A stretch of DNA of 64,000 nt, taken from sequence record MG655269.1. The stretch is one strand, 5' to 3'. The position numbers and the translations under genes were made by a program. Positions 17,971 through 27,299 of the stretch are shown one piece after another. Below the pieces are notes generated by a model that saw nothing but the letters and a program-made list of their open reading frames with translations, had not been told where the DNA came from and ran no database searches. Every line of letters starts with the position of its first letter. Within the stretch, counting starts at the first letter, position 1.

Positions 17971-19515
17971 ATGACAACTCCACTTATTAACTATTACACG
18001 GGCTTCCTGGAATCGACGGGCGCTGTGATTGATCAGTCCACCGGTGTGGTAAGCTATGAACGTTCCACCGGTTTAAAGCCGGTGTTAATTGATGGCAAAG
18101 AGCTGATCCTACCCATCCGTGCGTTTCAGGATAAGCCGGACTGGACGCGTTATGTGCCATTCCATCCGCTGTCTGAATCGATTGCTCGTGGTGAATCGGA
18201 AGTGCTGCAGAAAGCCAAAGAGCTGATCAGCCTGAAGTTGTTCCTGAAATATGCGGAACTGTCTGAAGCGCTGCTGATGCTGGCAGTGAACTCTGAATCG
18301 CAGGCGAAGCTTACCCCTACCCAAATGAAGTTCCTGGAAGGGCTGGGCGATGCGGATGAGAAAACGGTTGAGAACTTCTCAAAGATCCTGGCGAAATCCA
18401 AAGCGACCTTTGAAGGCGGTGAGAACCGTTGTCTGGTGTCGTTGTTCCTGAAACGTGGCGGTACACTCAATGGGCAGAAGTTTGCCCGTCTGTGTGTCGT
18501 GGCATTCCCGTACTACGAAGCGCTGTGTAAGATCGAAAACGAACCTGCGGATAAGCGCGTGGTGTTTGGTGTGCCATTGCGTGCCAAAGACATCAAAGTG
18601 CTGAAGCGTCTGCATGAAGTGATCGTACCGAACAGCGATGACGGGATCTACTCGATCGGGACTAACGTACAGACTGCGCCGTACTGGGGTGCCTTGATGA
18701 TGACTTACGTCAACATCCTGAACCAGTTCAACAGCGTAATCAAACCGTTCTCGAAAGTGATCAAATCGCTGAAGGCGGTTGATACCTCCTGGGATGTGGG
18801 TGATGAGTTGCAACAGTTCCGTGCTGAGATTCCACCGATGCCGTATAATGAAGGTGCAGATTCCAGCAAGCCAGCTGAAACAACCCAGCCCCTGCAGACC
18901 CAACAGCAGCCTGTTGCGACGCAGCCACAAACCATCCCACAGCCAACCGGTAATCTGGTACAGCAGCCAGCAACCATCCAGCAGGCGCCGAGCTTTAACG
19001 GTAATCAGAACCAGTCCAGCACAGTCACCCATCCGCCAGCTCACAACGTTAAACCATCTAACGGTGGCGGTGTGAACTTCGCTGATGCGATGAACAAGTC
19101 GGGCATGGGTATGATGCCACAAATGCAGATGCCGGGTATGATGCCGCAGATGTATCCTCAGCAGGGTTACCCACAGCAGCAGATGCCAATGTATCCGCAA
19201 CAGCAAATGTATCCTCAGATGCAGATGCAAATGCCGATGCAGCAGCTTCCAATGCCACCGGTCTCTCAGCCGCAGGGTCAGCAGCAATTCCCGCAGCAGA
19301 TGTATTATCAAAATGGTCAGTTGCCAATGCCGCCGGTTAGCCAGCAGCAACAGCAAGGTTACCCACAGCAGGGCATGTATCCTCAGCAGCAGATGATGCA
19401 ACCTCAAATGTACCCGCAGATGCAAATGCCTGGCATGATGCCACAAATGCAGATGCCGGGTATGATGCAACAGGGTTACCCGCAACAGCCACAGATGTTC
19501 CAGTTCGGGCGTTAA
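17971..19515 (+). CDS. Conserved core protein (phiKZ gp70-like) with Q/P/M/Y low-complexity C-terminus
   Basis: N-terminal FHPLSE.I.RGES motif; C-terminal third or more built from QMPGMMPQ and QQGYPQQ repeats. Confidence 0.75.
   Translation: MTTPLINYYTGFLESTGAVIDQSTGVVSYERSTGLKPVLIDGKELILPIRAFQDKPDWTRYVPFHPLSESIARGESEVLQKAKELISLKLFLKYAELSEALLMLAVNSESQAKLTPTQMKFLEGLGDADEKTVENFSKILAKSKATFEGGENRCLVSLFLKRGGTLNGQKFARLCVVAFPYYEALCKIENEPADKRVVFGVPLRAKDIKVLKRLHEVIVPNSDDGIYSIGTNVQTAPYWGALMMTYVNILNQFNSVIKPFSKVIKSLKAVDTSWDVGDELQQFRAEIPPMPYNEGADSSKPAETTQPLQTQQQPVATQPQTIPQPTGNLVQQPATIQQAPSFNGNQNQSSTVTHPPAHNVKPSNGGGVNFADAMNKSGMGMMPQMQMPGMMPQMYPQQGYPQQQMPMYPQQQMYPQMQMQMPMQQLPMPPVSQPQGQQQFPQQMYYQNGQLPMPPVSQQQQQGYPQQGMYPQQQMMQPQMYPQMQMPGMMPQMQMPGMMQQGYPQQPQMFQFGR
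19111..19468 (+). repeat. Coding direct repeats; exact 34-nt repeat at 19111-19144 and 19435-19468
   Basis: ATGATGCCACAAATGCAGATGCCGGGTATGATGC occurs twice; additional CAGGGTTACCC and ATGTATCC units. Confidence 0.85.
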
Positions 19516-19529
19516 TCTATAAATCTGAT

Positions 19530-19558
19530 CGGCATAAGGAGAGGCTACGGCCTCTCCT
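19530..19558 (-). terminator. Hairpin AGGAGAGGC/GCCTCTCCT with TTATGCCG on the minus strand, at a convergent junction
   Basis: CGGCATAA directly abuts a 9-bp stem between two convergent genes. Confidence 0.8.
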
Positions 19559-19567
19559 CTTTCAGAG

Positions 19568-19903
19568 TCATTTTTTATTTGAGTTGTAGAGATCTCTAAT
19601 AGATGACAGAAGTGAACTGTTTTCATCTATTAGAAGAATGTCCGTTGTAATGACATCCCATTTAAAGGGATTCATGATGTTGTTGATTCGCATAGTTAAC
19701 CAATGCATGTGATAAGGAACGCCGTATTCCAGTAGTAGCATGCGAAAGTCACCACGTTCTTCGTACTGTTCAAGAGGGGTAGGGGGAGTAAACTTAGTTG
19801 CATTCGCCCGAAGCAAATCGAGATGATGCACCAGGACCTGACGAAAGCCGTGATCTTGAAACAGCTTATCGGTCGGGTGTTTGATTTCGTTGCTGACTCG
19901 CAT
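19568..19903 (-). CDS. Small conserved protein, possible LysM-like baseplate component (T4 gp53-like)
   Basis: LLEYGVPYHMHWLTMRINNIMNP pattern; lone minus-strand gene in the core block. Confidence 0.5.
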   Translation of the reverse strand: MRVSNEIKHPTDKLFQDHGFRQVLVHHLDLLRANATKFTPPTPLEQYEERGDFRMLLLEYGVPYHMHWLTMRINNIMNPFKWDVITTDILLIDENSSLLSSIRDLYNSNKK

Positions 19904-19917
19904 ATGCGTAAATACCT

Positions 19918-19940
19918 ATACTTGTTTAAGCCTATATTAT
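19918..19940 (+). promoter_or_regulatory. Putative phage promoter (AAGCCTATATTAT) upstream of nvRNAP beta
   Basis: CCTATATTAT core close to the phiKZ early consensus. Confidence 0.55.
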
Positions 19941-19973
19941 CTCTTGGCAGTTAGGTTGATAAAAGGAATCATA

Positions 19974-22085
19974 ATGAGTCATATTACCGAGGCAAGTGAA
20001 CTCTCTGCAGAGTTGTTAGGCAGTGTGTTGTGTTTGAACCCAACCGTACATGGCGATAGCAGCCCACGTTCTGCTATGTTCGGAGGTCATGCAGGACAGG
20101 CCGTGACAATCGAGGGTAGCACGCCACGTATGTTAAAAACCGGGATCGAGTATGAGTACGGTCAACGGACCTTCAAGATTGAAGCGCCGTGTCAGATGCT
20201 CGTGATCGGTGTGATTAACCGTTTCGTCACCAACCACGTTGGTACTGGGGGTGTGAAAGAGAACCCTGAGAAATATGTGATCTATCAGAACTTAAGTGTA
20301 AATACGCCTACACCGACGTTCGGCATTCTGTGTATTCCGACCTATCACACACGTAACCACGCATTAGGGTTTAAGTATGTGATGGACAAGAAAGCAATTA
20401 ACCGTTTGTACAGTGTTGATGGTAAGGCGTATATCGAAAAGGGTGTGATCTTTGCCCGTTCCCCTAACTTGACCGAAGGTGGCGATTATAAGTACGGTCG
20501 TGAAACCAACGTAGCATTTATGTCATTACCGGAAGTCGAACAGGACGGAATGGTGGTAACAGAAAGCTTCGCACAAGCCATGGCCTGCACCAAGATCGAA
20601 AGCCGTATCGCACAGTGGGGCGATGATCAGGTGTTGTTGAACCTGTATGGCGACGATGAGAACTACAAAGCGTTTCCGGATATCGGCGATAAGATTCGTG
20701 AAGATGGGATGTTGTTTGCGGTACGTAAGATCATGCCAGGTACTGGCATTGTCAATCTGACCCCAAAAGCCCTTCGTACTTACGATCCGAACTTCGACTA
20801 TCCGCAGTATGCTGAAGCCGGTGCCACGGTGGTGAACGTCCAGGTGAACTCGGACCGCATGCGTACAGGACGTACCGATGTGCAGTTCTATGATAAACAA
20901 GCTGAACGGTATGAACGTGCAGCGCGTGAGTTCTCCAAGTCTCTGCGTAAGATCTACGACGACCTCTATCGTACGTATGGTCATGGCATGATTCTGGAAC
21001 CTGAACTCAACCGGATGGTGACGGATGCCATCTCGGATACCGGCGGTATGGATCGCAAGATGAATAATCAAGGACAGATTATCAGCGTGGACAAAGGCAC
21101 ACAGGTCTATAACAAAGTCCCGATTGGTGACTGGCGTGTGAAGATCACCTTTGTTAAACGGATTGAAGCCGGCGTGCGCTTTAAGATCACCGATACCCAT
21201 GGCGGTAAAGGTGTTATCGTAAACGTGATTCCTGACGCCGATGCGCCGACCGATGATTACGGTAACCGGGCGGATGTGATCATGGATGATGTGTCGATTA
21301 CCAAACGTATGAACCTGGGCAAGCCAACCGAGCAGTATATCAACGGTGCATCAGTATATGCAGCGAAGATTGCGCGCCAGATGGCAGCCAGCGGGGATCT
21401 GGATGGTGCCTGGAATCACCTCATGAGTTATTACCATGCAGCTGCGTATGAGCAATGGGAAATGATGCAATCACCAACGTACCTGGATAACAAACCGAAT
21501 CGCGATCATCATGTGCGTTGGGTGTGCGATCATGGTATTGAGTTGTTTGCACCAACTGACCGTCGCTACTTCGGGGCCGAGCAGGTACGGCGTATCATGA
21601 AGGAGCATGACTTCCCGGTTACACCCGTGACGTATCGTGCACCCGATGGGCGTATGGTCCGTACGCGTGATCCGGTGGTGATTGCACCGATCTATATCAT
21701 CCTGCTGGAAAAGATGGGCGAATACTGGGCGTCGTGTGCGATTCCAAAACTCACACACTTCGGTACACTCTCATCCTTAACACAGGCGGATAAGTTTGCG
21801 TTGCCGTGGCGTAACACCCCAACCCGTTTCGGTGAGTCTGAGTTGCGTCTGTTCTTAGCAGCGTGTCGTGGCTATTATGCGAACCGCCTGCAAAGCATGG
21901 CGAACACTCCGGCGATGCAGAAGGAAGCTGCATTGATGTTCTTGCGTCACGATACACCAATGAACATCCCGAACGTGATTGATGAAACGAAGACACCACT
22001 GGGGCGTGCACGTCCACTGCAGATGTATAAGCACAACCAGGGCTGTCGTGGTATTGAATTTGAAACAACCGTGTTAAATAAATAA
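19974..22085 (+). CDS. rpoB: Non-virion RNA polymerase beta C-terminal subunit (phiKZ gp71-73-like), uninterrupted
   Basis: SSPRSAMF..H..QA, EQDG, K.TDTHGGKGVI, RMNLG and RFGESE beta motifs; SD AAGGA before ATG 19974. Confidence 0.93.
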   Translation: MSHITEASELSAELLGSVLCLNPTVHGDSSPRSAMFGGHAGQAVTIEGSTPRMLKTGIEYEYGQRTFKIEAPCQMLVIGVINRFVTNHVGTGGVKENPEKYVIYQNLSVNTPTPTFGILCIPTYHTRNHALGFKYVMDKKAINRLYSVDGKAYIEKGVIFARSPNLTEGGDYKYGRETNVAFMSLPEVEQDGMVVTESFAQAMACTKIESRIAQWGDDQVLLNLYGDDENYKAFPDIGDKIREDGMLFAVRKIMPGTGIVNLTPKALRTYDPNFDYPQYAEAGATVVNVQVNSDRMRTGRTDVQFYDKQAERYERAAREFSKSLRKIYDDLYRTYGHGMILEPELNRMVTDAISDTGGMDRKMNNQGQIISVDKGTQVYNKVPIGDWRVKITFVKRIEAGVRFKITDTHGGKGVIVNVIPDADAPTDDYGNRADVIMDDVSITKRMNLGKPTEQYINGASVYAAKIARQMAASGDLDGAWNHLMSYYHAAAYEQWEMMQSPTYLDNKPNRDHHVRWVCDHGIELFAPTDRRYFGAEQVRRIMKEHDFPVTPVTYRAPDGRMVRTRDPVVIAPIYIILLEKMGEYWASCAIPKLTHFGTLSSLTQADKFALPWRNTPTRFGESELRLFLAACRGYYANRLQSMANTPAMQKEAALMFLRHDTPMNIPNVIDETKTPLGRARPLQMYKHNQGCRGIEFETTVLNK

Positions 22086-22092
22086 GGGGTGT

Positions 22093-24063
22093 GTGATGCA
22101 AAGCTATCATTGGCGTGATCTGTTGTCGATGTCTGAGGAGCAGATTTGGCAACTTGATCCTGCAATCAACAACCCAATCATTGAAGTGGTGGCAGAGGAT
22201 GCCACCTTCAAGATTCCTGCCCGGCAGGTTATCGGTAGCTGGTATTGCTGGCCGTTTCAAAAGCTCTATCGCAACATGGTGTTGTGTAAGCGTCATTTCA
22301 TCACAGCGTTTCGTCTGTCGAACAAAACCATCCTGGGGATCATGACCAACGGTTATCGTGATTATGATGCGATGATGAACGGCACTATCTTAGATGTCGT
22401 GGCATTAAACAGCTTGATTGCGAAAACGGCGAACCGCATTAACAATGCGTTTGTTACCAAGATCCCGGAGTATGTCACGACCTCGGGCATGAAGCAGTAT
22501 ATTGAAATCGTGGATGACCCTGAGTTTAAAGCGATTCGTGATGCAATGGAACCTAACCAGAACTCGATTCGTGATGGTTATGATGCGTCACTCAAACTGC
22601 TGATGGACCCGAAGAAGTATGTCGGTAATCAGGTGGCGGAGTATGTGAAGCAAGGATCAGCATCAGCAGGCCAGGCATTACAATGTCTGGTGGTGCGTGG
22701 TTATCTGACTGACCATAACTCGCGTATCTTTGTTAAGCCGGTCATGGGTAACTATGTCGAAGGGCTGGGTAAGTTCTACGACTCGTTCGTGGAATCACGC
22801 TCAGCAACCAAAGCGGCGTTGTTTACCAAGAAACCCCTGGAAGACTCCGAATGGTTTAACCGTAAAATGCAGCTGGTTGCACAAGCGGTGCAGAAGATCC
22901 ATCTGGGGGAGGATTGTGGGTCGACGATAACAGTGCCTATTGTTATGCGTCGTGGCTGGGCAAGTGCGATGGCCGGTACGTATTATCTGGATGATGATGG
23001 ATCGTACAAAATGATCACGGAAGAGGACAAGCATCTGGAGAACCGGTTACTCAATATCCGCTCTCCGATGTATTGTAATCATCCTGACCGTACCGGTATC
23101 TGTGAGCGGTGTTATGGGAAGTTAGCGGTATCCATTCCGTACTTCAATGTCGAAGGGAAAGTTGGGGATAACCAGGTGATCGTGGGGCACGTCAGTGCAA
23201 CGGAAATCGGTGAGGATCTCTCACAGAAGATGCTGTCAACCAAACACCTGGATACGTCCTCGACGGTAGATCCGTTTGCTATTCGTCGTGCCGATGCGTT
23301 GTATGTGAAACCAGGCTTGCGTGAAAACGCCATTCGCCTGAATCCACGTCTGCGTAATGAAAAGGTCACGATGAAGGTATCTTTCGACAAAACTACCGCA
23401 TTATCTGATATCGCAGTTGCCGAAAACTTAGATGAAGTAGCAACGCGTGTTTCCGGTTTCAATGAGATCGTGCTGGAGTTTGAGCGTGAAGATGGGGGTA
23501 AAGAGTCTATCCCAATCAACACCACCCAGGGTTCTCGTCAGGGTCAATTCACTGTCGACTTCCTGCGTTACTTGCAGCGCGTAAGCTGGACGAGTGCGGA
23601 CAAAGATTATATCTCTATCCGTCTGGATCAATTTGAATATGATTGCGATGTGGTTGAATTGCCGTTAGTGCATGAAGACATGATGGCGTATCAGAAACAG
23701 ATTGAATCCTACATCCGTTTCAGTAAGGAATCAGCGAACTGGAAAAACAAGTTTGTCACGCCGGATGAAGTGGGTGTGGTACTGGATGAGTTCTTCTCGT
23801 TACTGCGTCAGCGTTTGGGTGTGAACATTGTTCATGCACAGATCATGCTGTATTCAGTGATGACCATGGACCCAGCCAAAGGCGACTATCGTCTTCCGCG
23901 GGCGTATGAACCACGGCAGTTCTCTTCCTATCACGAATGTATCGAGTACCGTTCTCTCTCGGTCCAGCTCGTGTATCAGGAACAGGCTGCGGTGATGCTG
24001 AAGCCGTCCACTTTCCTCAATGACAAACGACAACCGCACCCGATGGATGAAATCTTCAAATAA
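22093..24063 (+). CDS. rpoC: Non-virion RNA polymerase beta' C-terminal subunit (phiKZ gp74-like)
   Basis: RGY.TD, EDCGS, RSPMYC...GICERCYG and SQKMLSTKH beta' motifs. Confidence 0.92.
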   Translation: MMQSYHWRDLLSMSEEQIWQLDPAINNPIIEVVAEDATFKIPARQVIGSWYCWPFQKLYRNMVLCKRHFITAFRLSNKTILGIMTNGYRDYDAMMNGTILDVVALNSLIAKTANRINNAFVTKIPEYVTTSGMKQYIEIVDDPEFKAIRDAMEPNQNSIRDGYDASLKLLMDPKKYVGNQVAEYVKQGSASAGQALQCLVVRGYLTDHNSRIFVKPVMGNYVEGLGKFYDSFVESRSATKAALFTKKPLEDSEWFNRKMQLVAQAVQKIHLGEDCGSTITVPIVMRRGWASAMAGTYYLDDDGSYKMITEEDKHLENRLLNIRSPMYCNHPDRTGICERCYGKLAVSIPYFNVEGKVGDNQVIVGHVSATEIGEDLSQKMLSTKHLDTSSTVDPFAIRRADALYVKPGLRENAIRLNPRLRNEKVTMKVSFDKTTALSDIAVAENLDEVATRVSGFNEIVLEFEREDGGKESIPINTTQGSRQGQFTVDFLRYLQRVSWTSADKDYISIRLDQFEYDCDVVELPLVHEDMMAYQKQIESYIRFSKESANWKNKFVTPDEVGVVLDEFFSLLRQRLGVNIVHAQIMLYSVMTMDPAKGDYRLPRAYEPRQFSSYHECIEYRSLSVQLVYQEQAAVMLKPSTFLNDKRQPHPMDEIFK

Positions 24064-24071
24064 GTAAGAGG

Positions 24072-25625
24072 TTGGCGATGCGCAATACTGCGACAATCAC
24101 TATCAATAGTCACGGCTTTACAGTCTCTGATTATAATAGTGAGTTCTACGAGAAGTTGAAGTTGTATTGCGCTCGTTTTGTCAAAACAAAAATGGTCTCT
24201 AAGGTCGTCCATGGACGGAGGATCTTGGCTAAAGAAAATGACCGTGTTTTTGCGAGCGCTCTAAGCAACCGTCGAGAGATCCGCTTTCACATCAACTGCT
24301 ATGAAGAGTTCAAACGTCATATGCAGCAGTGGGGATATAATGTCTCCCGCTTTAAGGAAGTGCGAACACCAATTCCAGAAGGCAAAGATGCTAACTTCGA
24401 ATTCAAGTTCGAAGGTGTGCAGCCCCGTGAGCATCAAGTGGAATGGTTGGAGTACCAGTTAAATAAAGACCAGGGTGAAGTCACCACAAAGATCAATACC
24501 TTGCAAACCGGTAAGGGAAAGAGCTTCTGCGGTATTTACAACATGGTCAAGCTGGGAAAAGTAACGGTCATTGTCATCATGCCAAAATACATCAATACGT
24601 GGATTGTGGCGCTGAATGACTTTGTCAAGTTAGGTGAGAAAGATATCATGGTGGTGCAAGGCTCGGGTGAACTCAACGGCTGCATGAAGTTGGCTGAAGA
24701 AGGTAAACTTGAATCCCGCATCATTATCATCAGTCTCCCCACCTTCCAATATTACATGTCGGAGTATGAAGATAACAACGGCGTGATGACGCATTACAAC
24801 TACACACCTGATCAATTCTGGGCGATGATCCAACCCGGGTTCCTCATTGTCGATGAAGGCCATGAGTCAATCCACGCGCTGTTCAAGTTCGACCTTTACA
24901 CCCATGTCAAAAATAAACTGGTGTTATCGGCCACCCTTGAGGCGGATGATCAGTTCATTAACGACATGTACTTTGTCATCTACCCGAATAAAATCAGGTT
25001 CCGTGGCGGCGAGTATGATAAGTACATCGAAGCAATTGCCTTGATGTATGGACTGGTGAGTAATAAGAAGGTCAAGACCAAAGGCTTCGGCGGGACGTAT
25101 AACCACGTCAAGTTTGAGCAAAGCATCATGAAAGACAAACAGCTGTTGAAGACGTACCTTACGCTCATCAACAAGGTGTTCTCCTTCTTCTTTATTAAAG
25201 TGAAGGAACCCGAACAACGCTGCCTCATTTATTGTGCCACGGTCGAGATGTGTTTGTACGTGACGGATTATCTGAGCAGTATTCATGATACCCTGATCGT
25301 GCGTAAGTATACCCAGGAAGACCCGAAAGAATCGTTGTATGAATCTGACGTGAGTGTTTCGACACTGAAGTCAGCCGGTACCGGTGTGGATATCCCAGGA
25401 CTCCGCACTTGCATCATGACGATCGCGATTGGGTCACGGCAAGCCAGTGATCAGGCATTGGGACGACTGCGGCGGTTGAAAGACTACCCGGACACTATCC
25501 CGACGTTTGTTTACTTCGCCTGCACGGGTATCGAAGCACACATGAAATACCACAGCAAGAAACTCGAACTCTTCCCAGTGAAGACGTTGAGTCTGCGTGA
25601 GGTGAACAGCGGCTTCTCGTTATAA
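24072..25625 (+). CDS. SF2 (DEAD/DExH-like) helicase (phiKZ gp75-like)
   Basis: QTGKGKS Walker A, IVDEGH Walker B, SAT motif III, GTGVDIP motif V, QALGRLRR motif VI. Confidence 0.92.
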   Translation: MAMRNTATITINSHGFTVSDYNSEFYEKLKLYCARFVKTKMVSKVVHGRRILAKENDRVFASALSNRREIRFHINCYEEFKRHMQQWGYNVSRFKEVRTPIPEGKDANFEFKFEGVQPREHQVEWLEYQLNKDQGEVTTKINTLQTGKGKSFCGIYNMVKLGKVTVIVIMPKYINTWIVALNDFVKLGEKDIMVVQGSGELNGCMKLAEEGKLESRIIIISLPTFQYYMSEYEDNNGVMTHYNYTPDQFWAMIQPGFLIVDEGHESIHALFKFDLYTHVKNKLVLSATLEADDQFINDMYFVIYPNKIRFRGGEYDKYIEAIALMYGLVSNKKVKTKGFGGTYNHVKFEQSIMKDKQLLKTYLTLINKVFSFFFIKVKEPEQRCLIYCATVEMCLYVTDYLSSIHDTLIVRKYTQEDPKESLYESDVSVSTLKSAGTGVDIPGLRTCIMTIAIGSRQASDQALGRLRRLKDYPDTIPTFVYFACTGIEAHMKYHSKKLELFPVKTLSLREVNSGFSL

Positions 25626-25638
25626 ACTGACTGTGTAA

Positions 25639-25672
25639 AAGACCAGGGGGCTTACTCCTTGGTCTTTTATGC
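25639..25672 (+). terminator. Hairpin AAGACCAGGGGG-CTTA-CTCCTTGGTCTT followed by TTATGC
   Basis: 12-bp stem with G-U pairs after the helicase stop. Confidence 0.7.
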
Positions 25673-25709
25673 TTTCTTTCCTTTTCTTTTTGTTAAGGAT
25701 ACACAGCTT

Positions 25710-26036
25710 ATGAATGGTAACCGGCCAGTAATGGTGATTGGCAGCATGGGGTTGAGTCCTGCATTGATTGAGCGCTTACGACAGTTAGACGACCTGGAGA
25801 TCAAGTTGGTGGCCGATGTGGCAATCAGTGATATCCTGGAGTTTGAACCGGGTTATGCTCGCGGCTTGGTTCAGGCGATTCAGCATCAGCAACAACGTGA
25901 GTGGAATCCCTTCCGGGAAAGCTACTGGGATAACTTCATTACCCTGCGACGTAAAGAAGTCAACGGACATACCCGCATTCCTCCCAAGAAAGCCACCTGC
26001 AGCTCCCGTCGTAAGGGACGGAGGTTCAAGGGATGA
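25710..26036 (+). CDS. Hypothetical protein with basic C-terminus
   Basis: SD AAGGA before ATG 25710. Confidence 0.65.
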   Translation: MNGNRPVMVIGSMGLSPALIERLRQLDDLEIKLVADVAISDILEFEPGYARGLVQAIQHQQQREWNPFRESYWDNFITLRRKEVNGHTRIPPKKATCSSRRKGRRFKG

Positions 26037-26356
26037 GCGAGATCGATTATCGTGCATTGAAGTATTGTGTCACCAAGGTTAGTCGGCGTATCCGCGACGG
26101 GGATTCCCGTAACGCGTCACGTTGCCTCTTCCAGTATGTTGAGACGCACGCCGCATTACAAGACATGGCCGCCATTGATCGTCTTTTAGCACAGTGCCGA
26201 GAAAATAAGGTACCCCTAAAAGAGATCAACAAAGTCTCGTTACTGCGTGCATGCTCGTGTTTACGCCCCCACCTTACAGAGTATCAGTCGTGTATGGACC
26301 TGTGGCGCCAGGACATTAAAGCGGCGGGTATGGAAAACTTATTAATAGGATTGTGA
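26033..26356 (+). CDS. Hypothetical protein
   Basis: ATGA overlap with the previous gene. Confidence 0.65.
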   Translation: MSEIDYRALKYCVTKVSRRIRDGDSRNASRCLFQYVETHAALQDMAAIDRLLAQCRENKVPLKEINKVSLLRACSCLRPHLTEYQSCMDLWRQDIKAAGMENLLIGL

Positions 26357-26357
26357 T

Positions 26358-26720
26358 ATGTCTGATTATTGTGCGGATATCTTTAAAGCGATCAGTTGCA
26401 AAACCCCCACCAAAGGCAGTGAACTATACATCGATGATTTCGGTGATCTGTGGATGTTGATTCCCAAGCTTAACCGCTTCGGTGAGCAGTCAGTGTTTCG
26501 TCAGTATGCCGGTAACCTTGCGTTGATGGCTGACCGCGGGCAGATGTATCAGGGTCAGTTATATGTGTGTGAGTTGATCCCGGGATATCACTTGGTGTTA
26601 ACCAACCAAGCCGTGATGGTCAACCAATACAGCCTGGTGCAGTATGTGAAGACCCGTGCTGCGAAAGTGGAAGCGCGCTACCGTAAGAAACCCAAGCCGA
26701 TGAGCCGAGCTTACGCGTAA
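26358..26720 (+). CDS. Hypothetical protein
   Basis: Tightly packed operon ORF. Confidence 0.65.
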   Translation: MSDYCADIFKAISCKTPTKGSELYIDDFGDLWMLIPKLNRFGEQSVFRQYAGNLALMADRGQMYQGQLYVCELIPGYHLVLTNQAVMVNQYSLVQYVKTRAAKVEARYRKKPKPMSRAYA

Positions 26721-26750
26721 GCAACCTGACTGACAAGAAAGGATAGACCT

Positions 26751-27260
26751 ATGTTCGAATGGTTCTCTGTGTTATTGATGAAGTGGTTGACCCGAAAGGA
26801 AAAGAAACACAACAGGACAGTGCGGGTAGAACCGGTGGTGTTTGAACCGCAACTCAAACCCACCCCGCAACCGTTGAGTAACGCGTTAAAAGAAGAAGCG
26901 CAGCAGATTCGGGACACCCTGCTGTTTGAGTCGCCGTTGAATAAATCCCGACCGATCCCGACCAAACCCACCTTACGGGTAGTAAGACCCAGTACAAGCT
27001 CCTCACGCCCACACGGTAAGGCGAACGATGACAGCATGCTAACACATGCCTTATTGATGCAGCAGGTGTTAGCAGACGATACAGCGCCGTCTGATCGTCA
27101 TCATCGTACTCATACCCCTCAGGATAACCACCGCCATGAAGACCGACCCTCGTACCATTCCACGCCCACTCATCATAGCAGCCCTAGTAGTAGTCGCGAT
27201 GATGATAACGGGAGTAATGATTACAGTAGCGGACCTAGTGACAGCGGTTCGTCTGATTAA
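26751..27260 (+). CDS. Hypothetical protein with H/S/D-rich disordered tail
   Basis: SD AAGGA; C-terminal SSPSSSRDDDNGSNDYSSGPSDSGSSD. Confidence 0.65.
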   Translation: MFEWFSVLLMKWLTRKEKKHNRTVRVEPVVFEPQLKPTPQPLSNALKEEAQQIRDTLLFESPLNKSRPIPTKPTLRVVRPSTSSSRPHGKANDDSMLTHALLMQQVLADDTAPSDRHHRTHTPQDNHRHEDRPSYHSTPTHHSSPSSSRDDDNGSNDYSSGPSDSGSSD

Positions 27261-27299
27261 CACCCTCGATTAACCTTACGTAATAAGGAACGCCTCACC

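Noticed and set aside
18379-19626. 415-aa minus-strand ORF rich in H/L/R
   Set aside because: Antisense shadow of the CAG/ATG-repeat tail of the gp70-like gene, which depletes stop codons; no SD and a nonsensical composition.
20526-21200. 224-aa minus-strand ORF inside RNAP beta
   Set aside because: Antisense to a highly conserved gene; typical shadow ORF.
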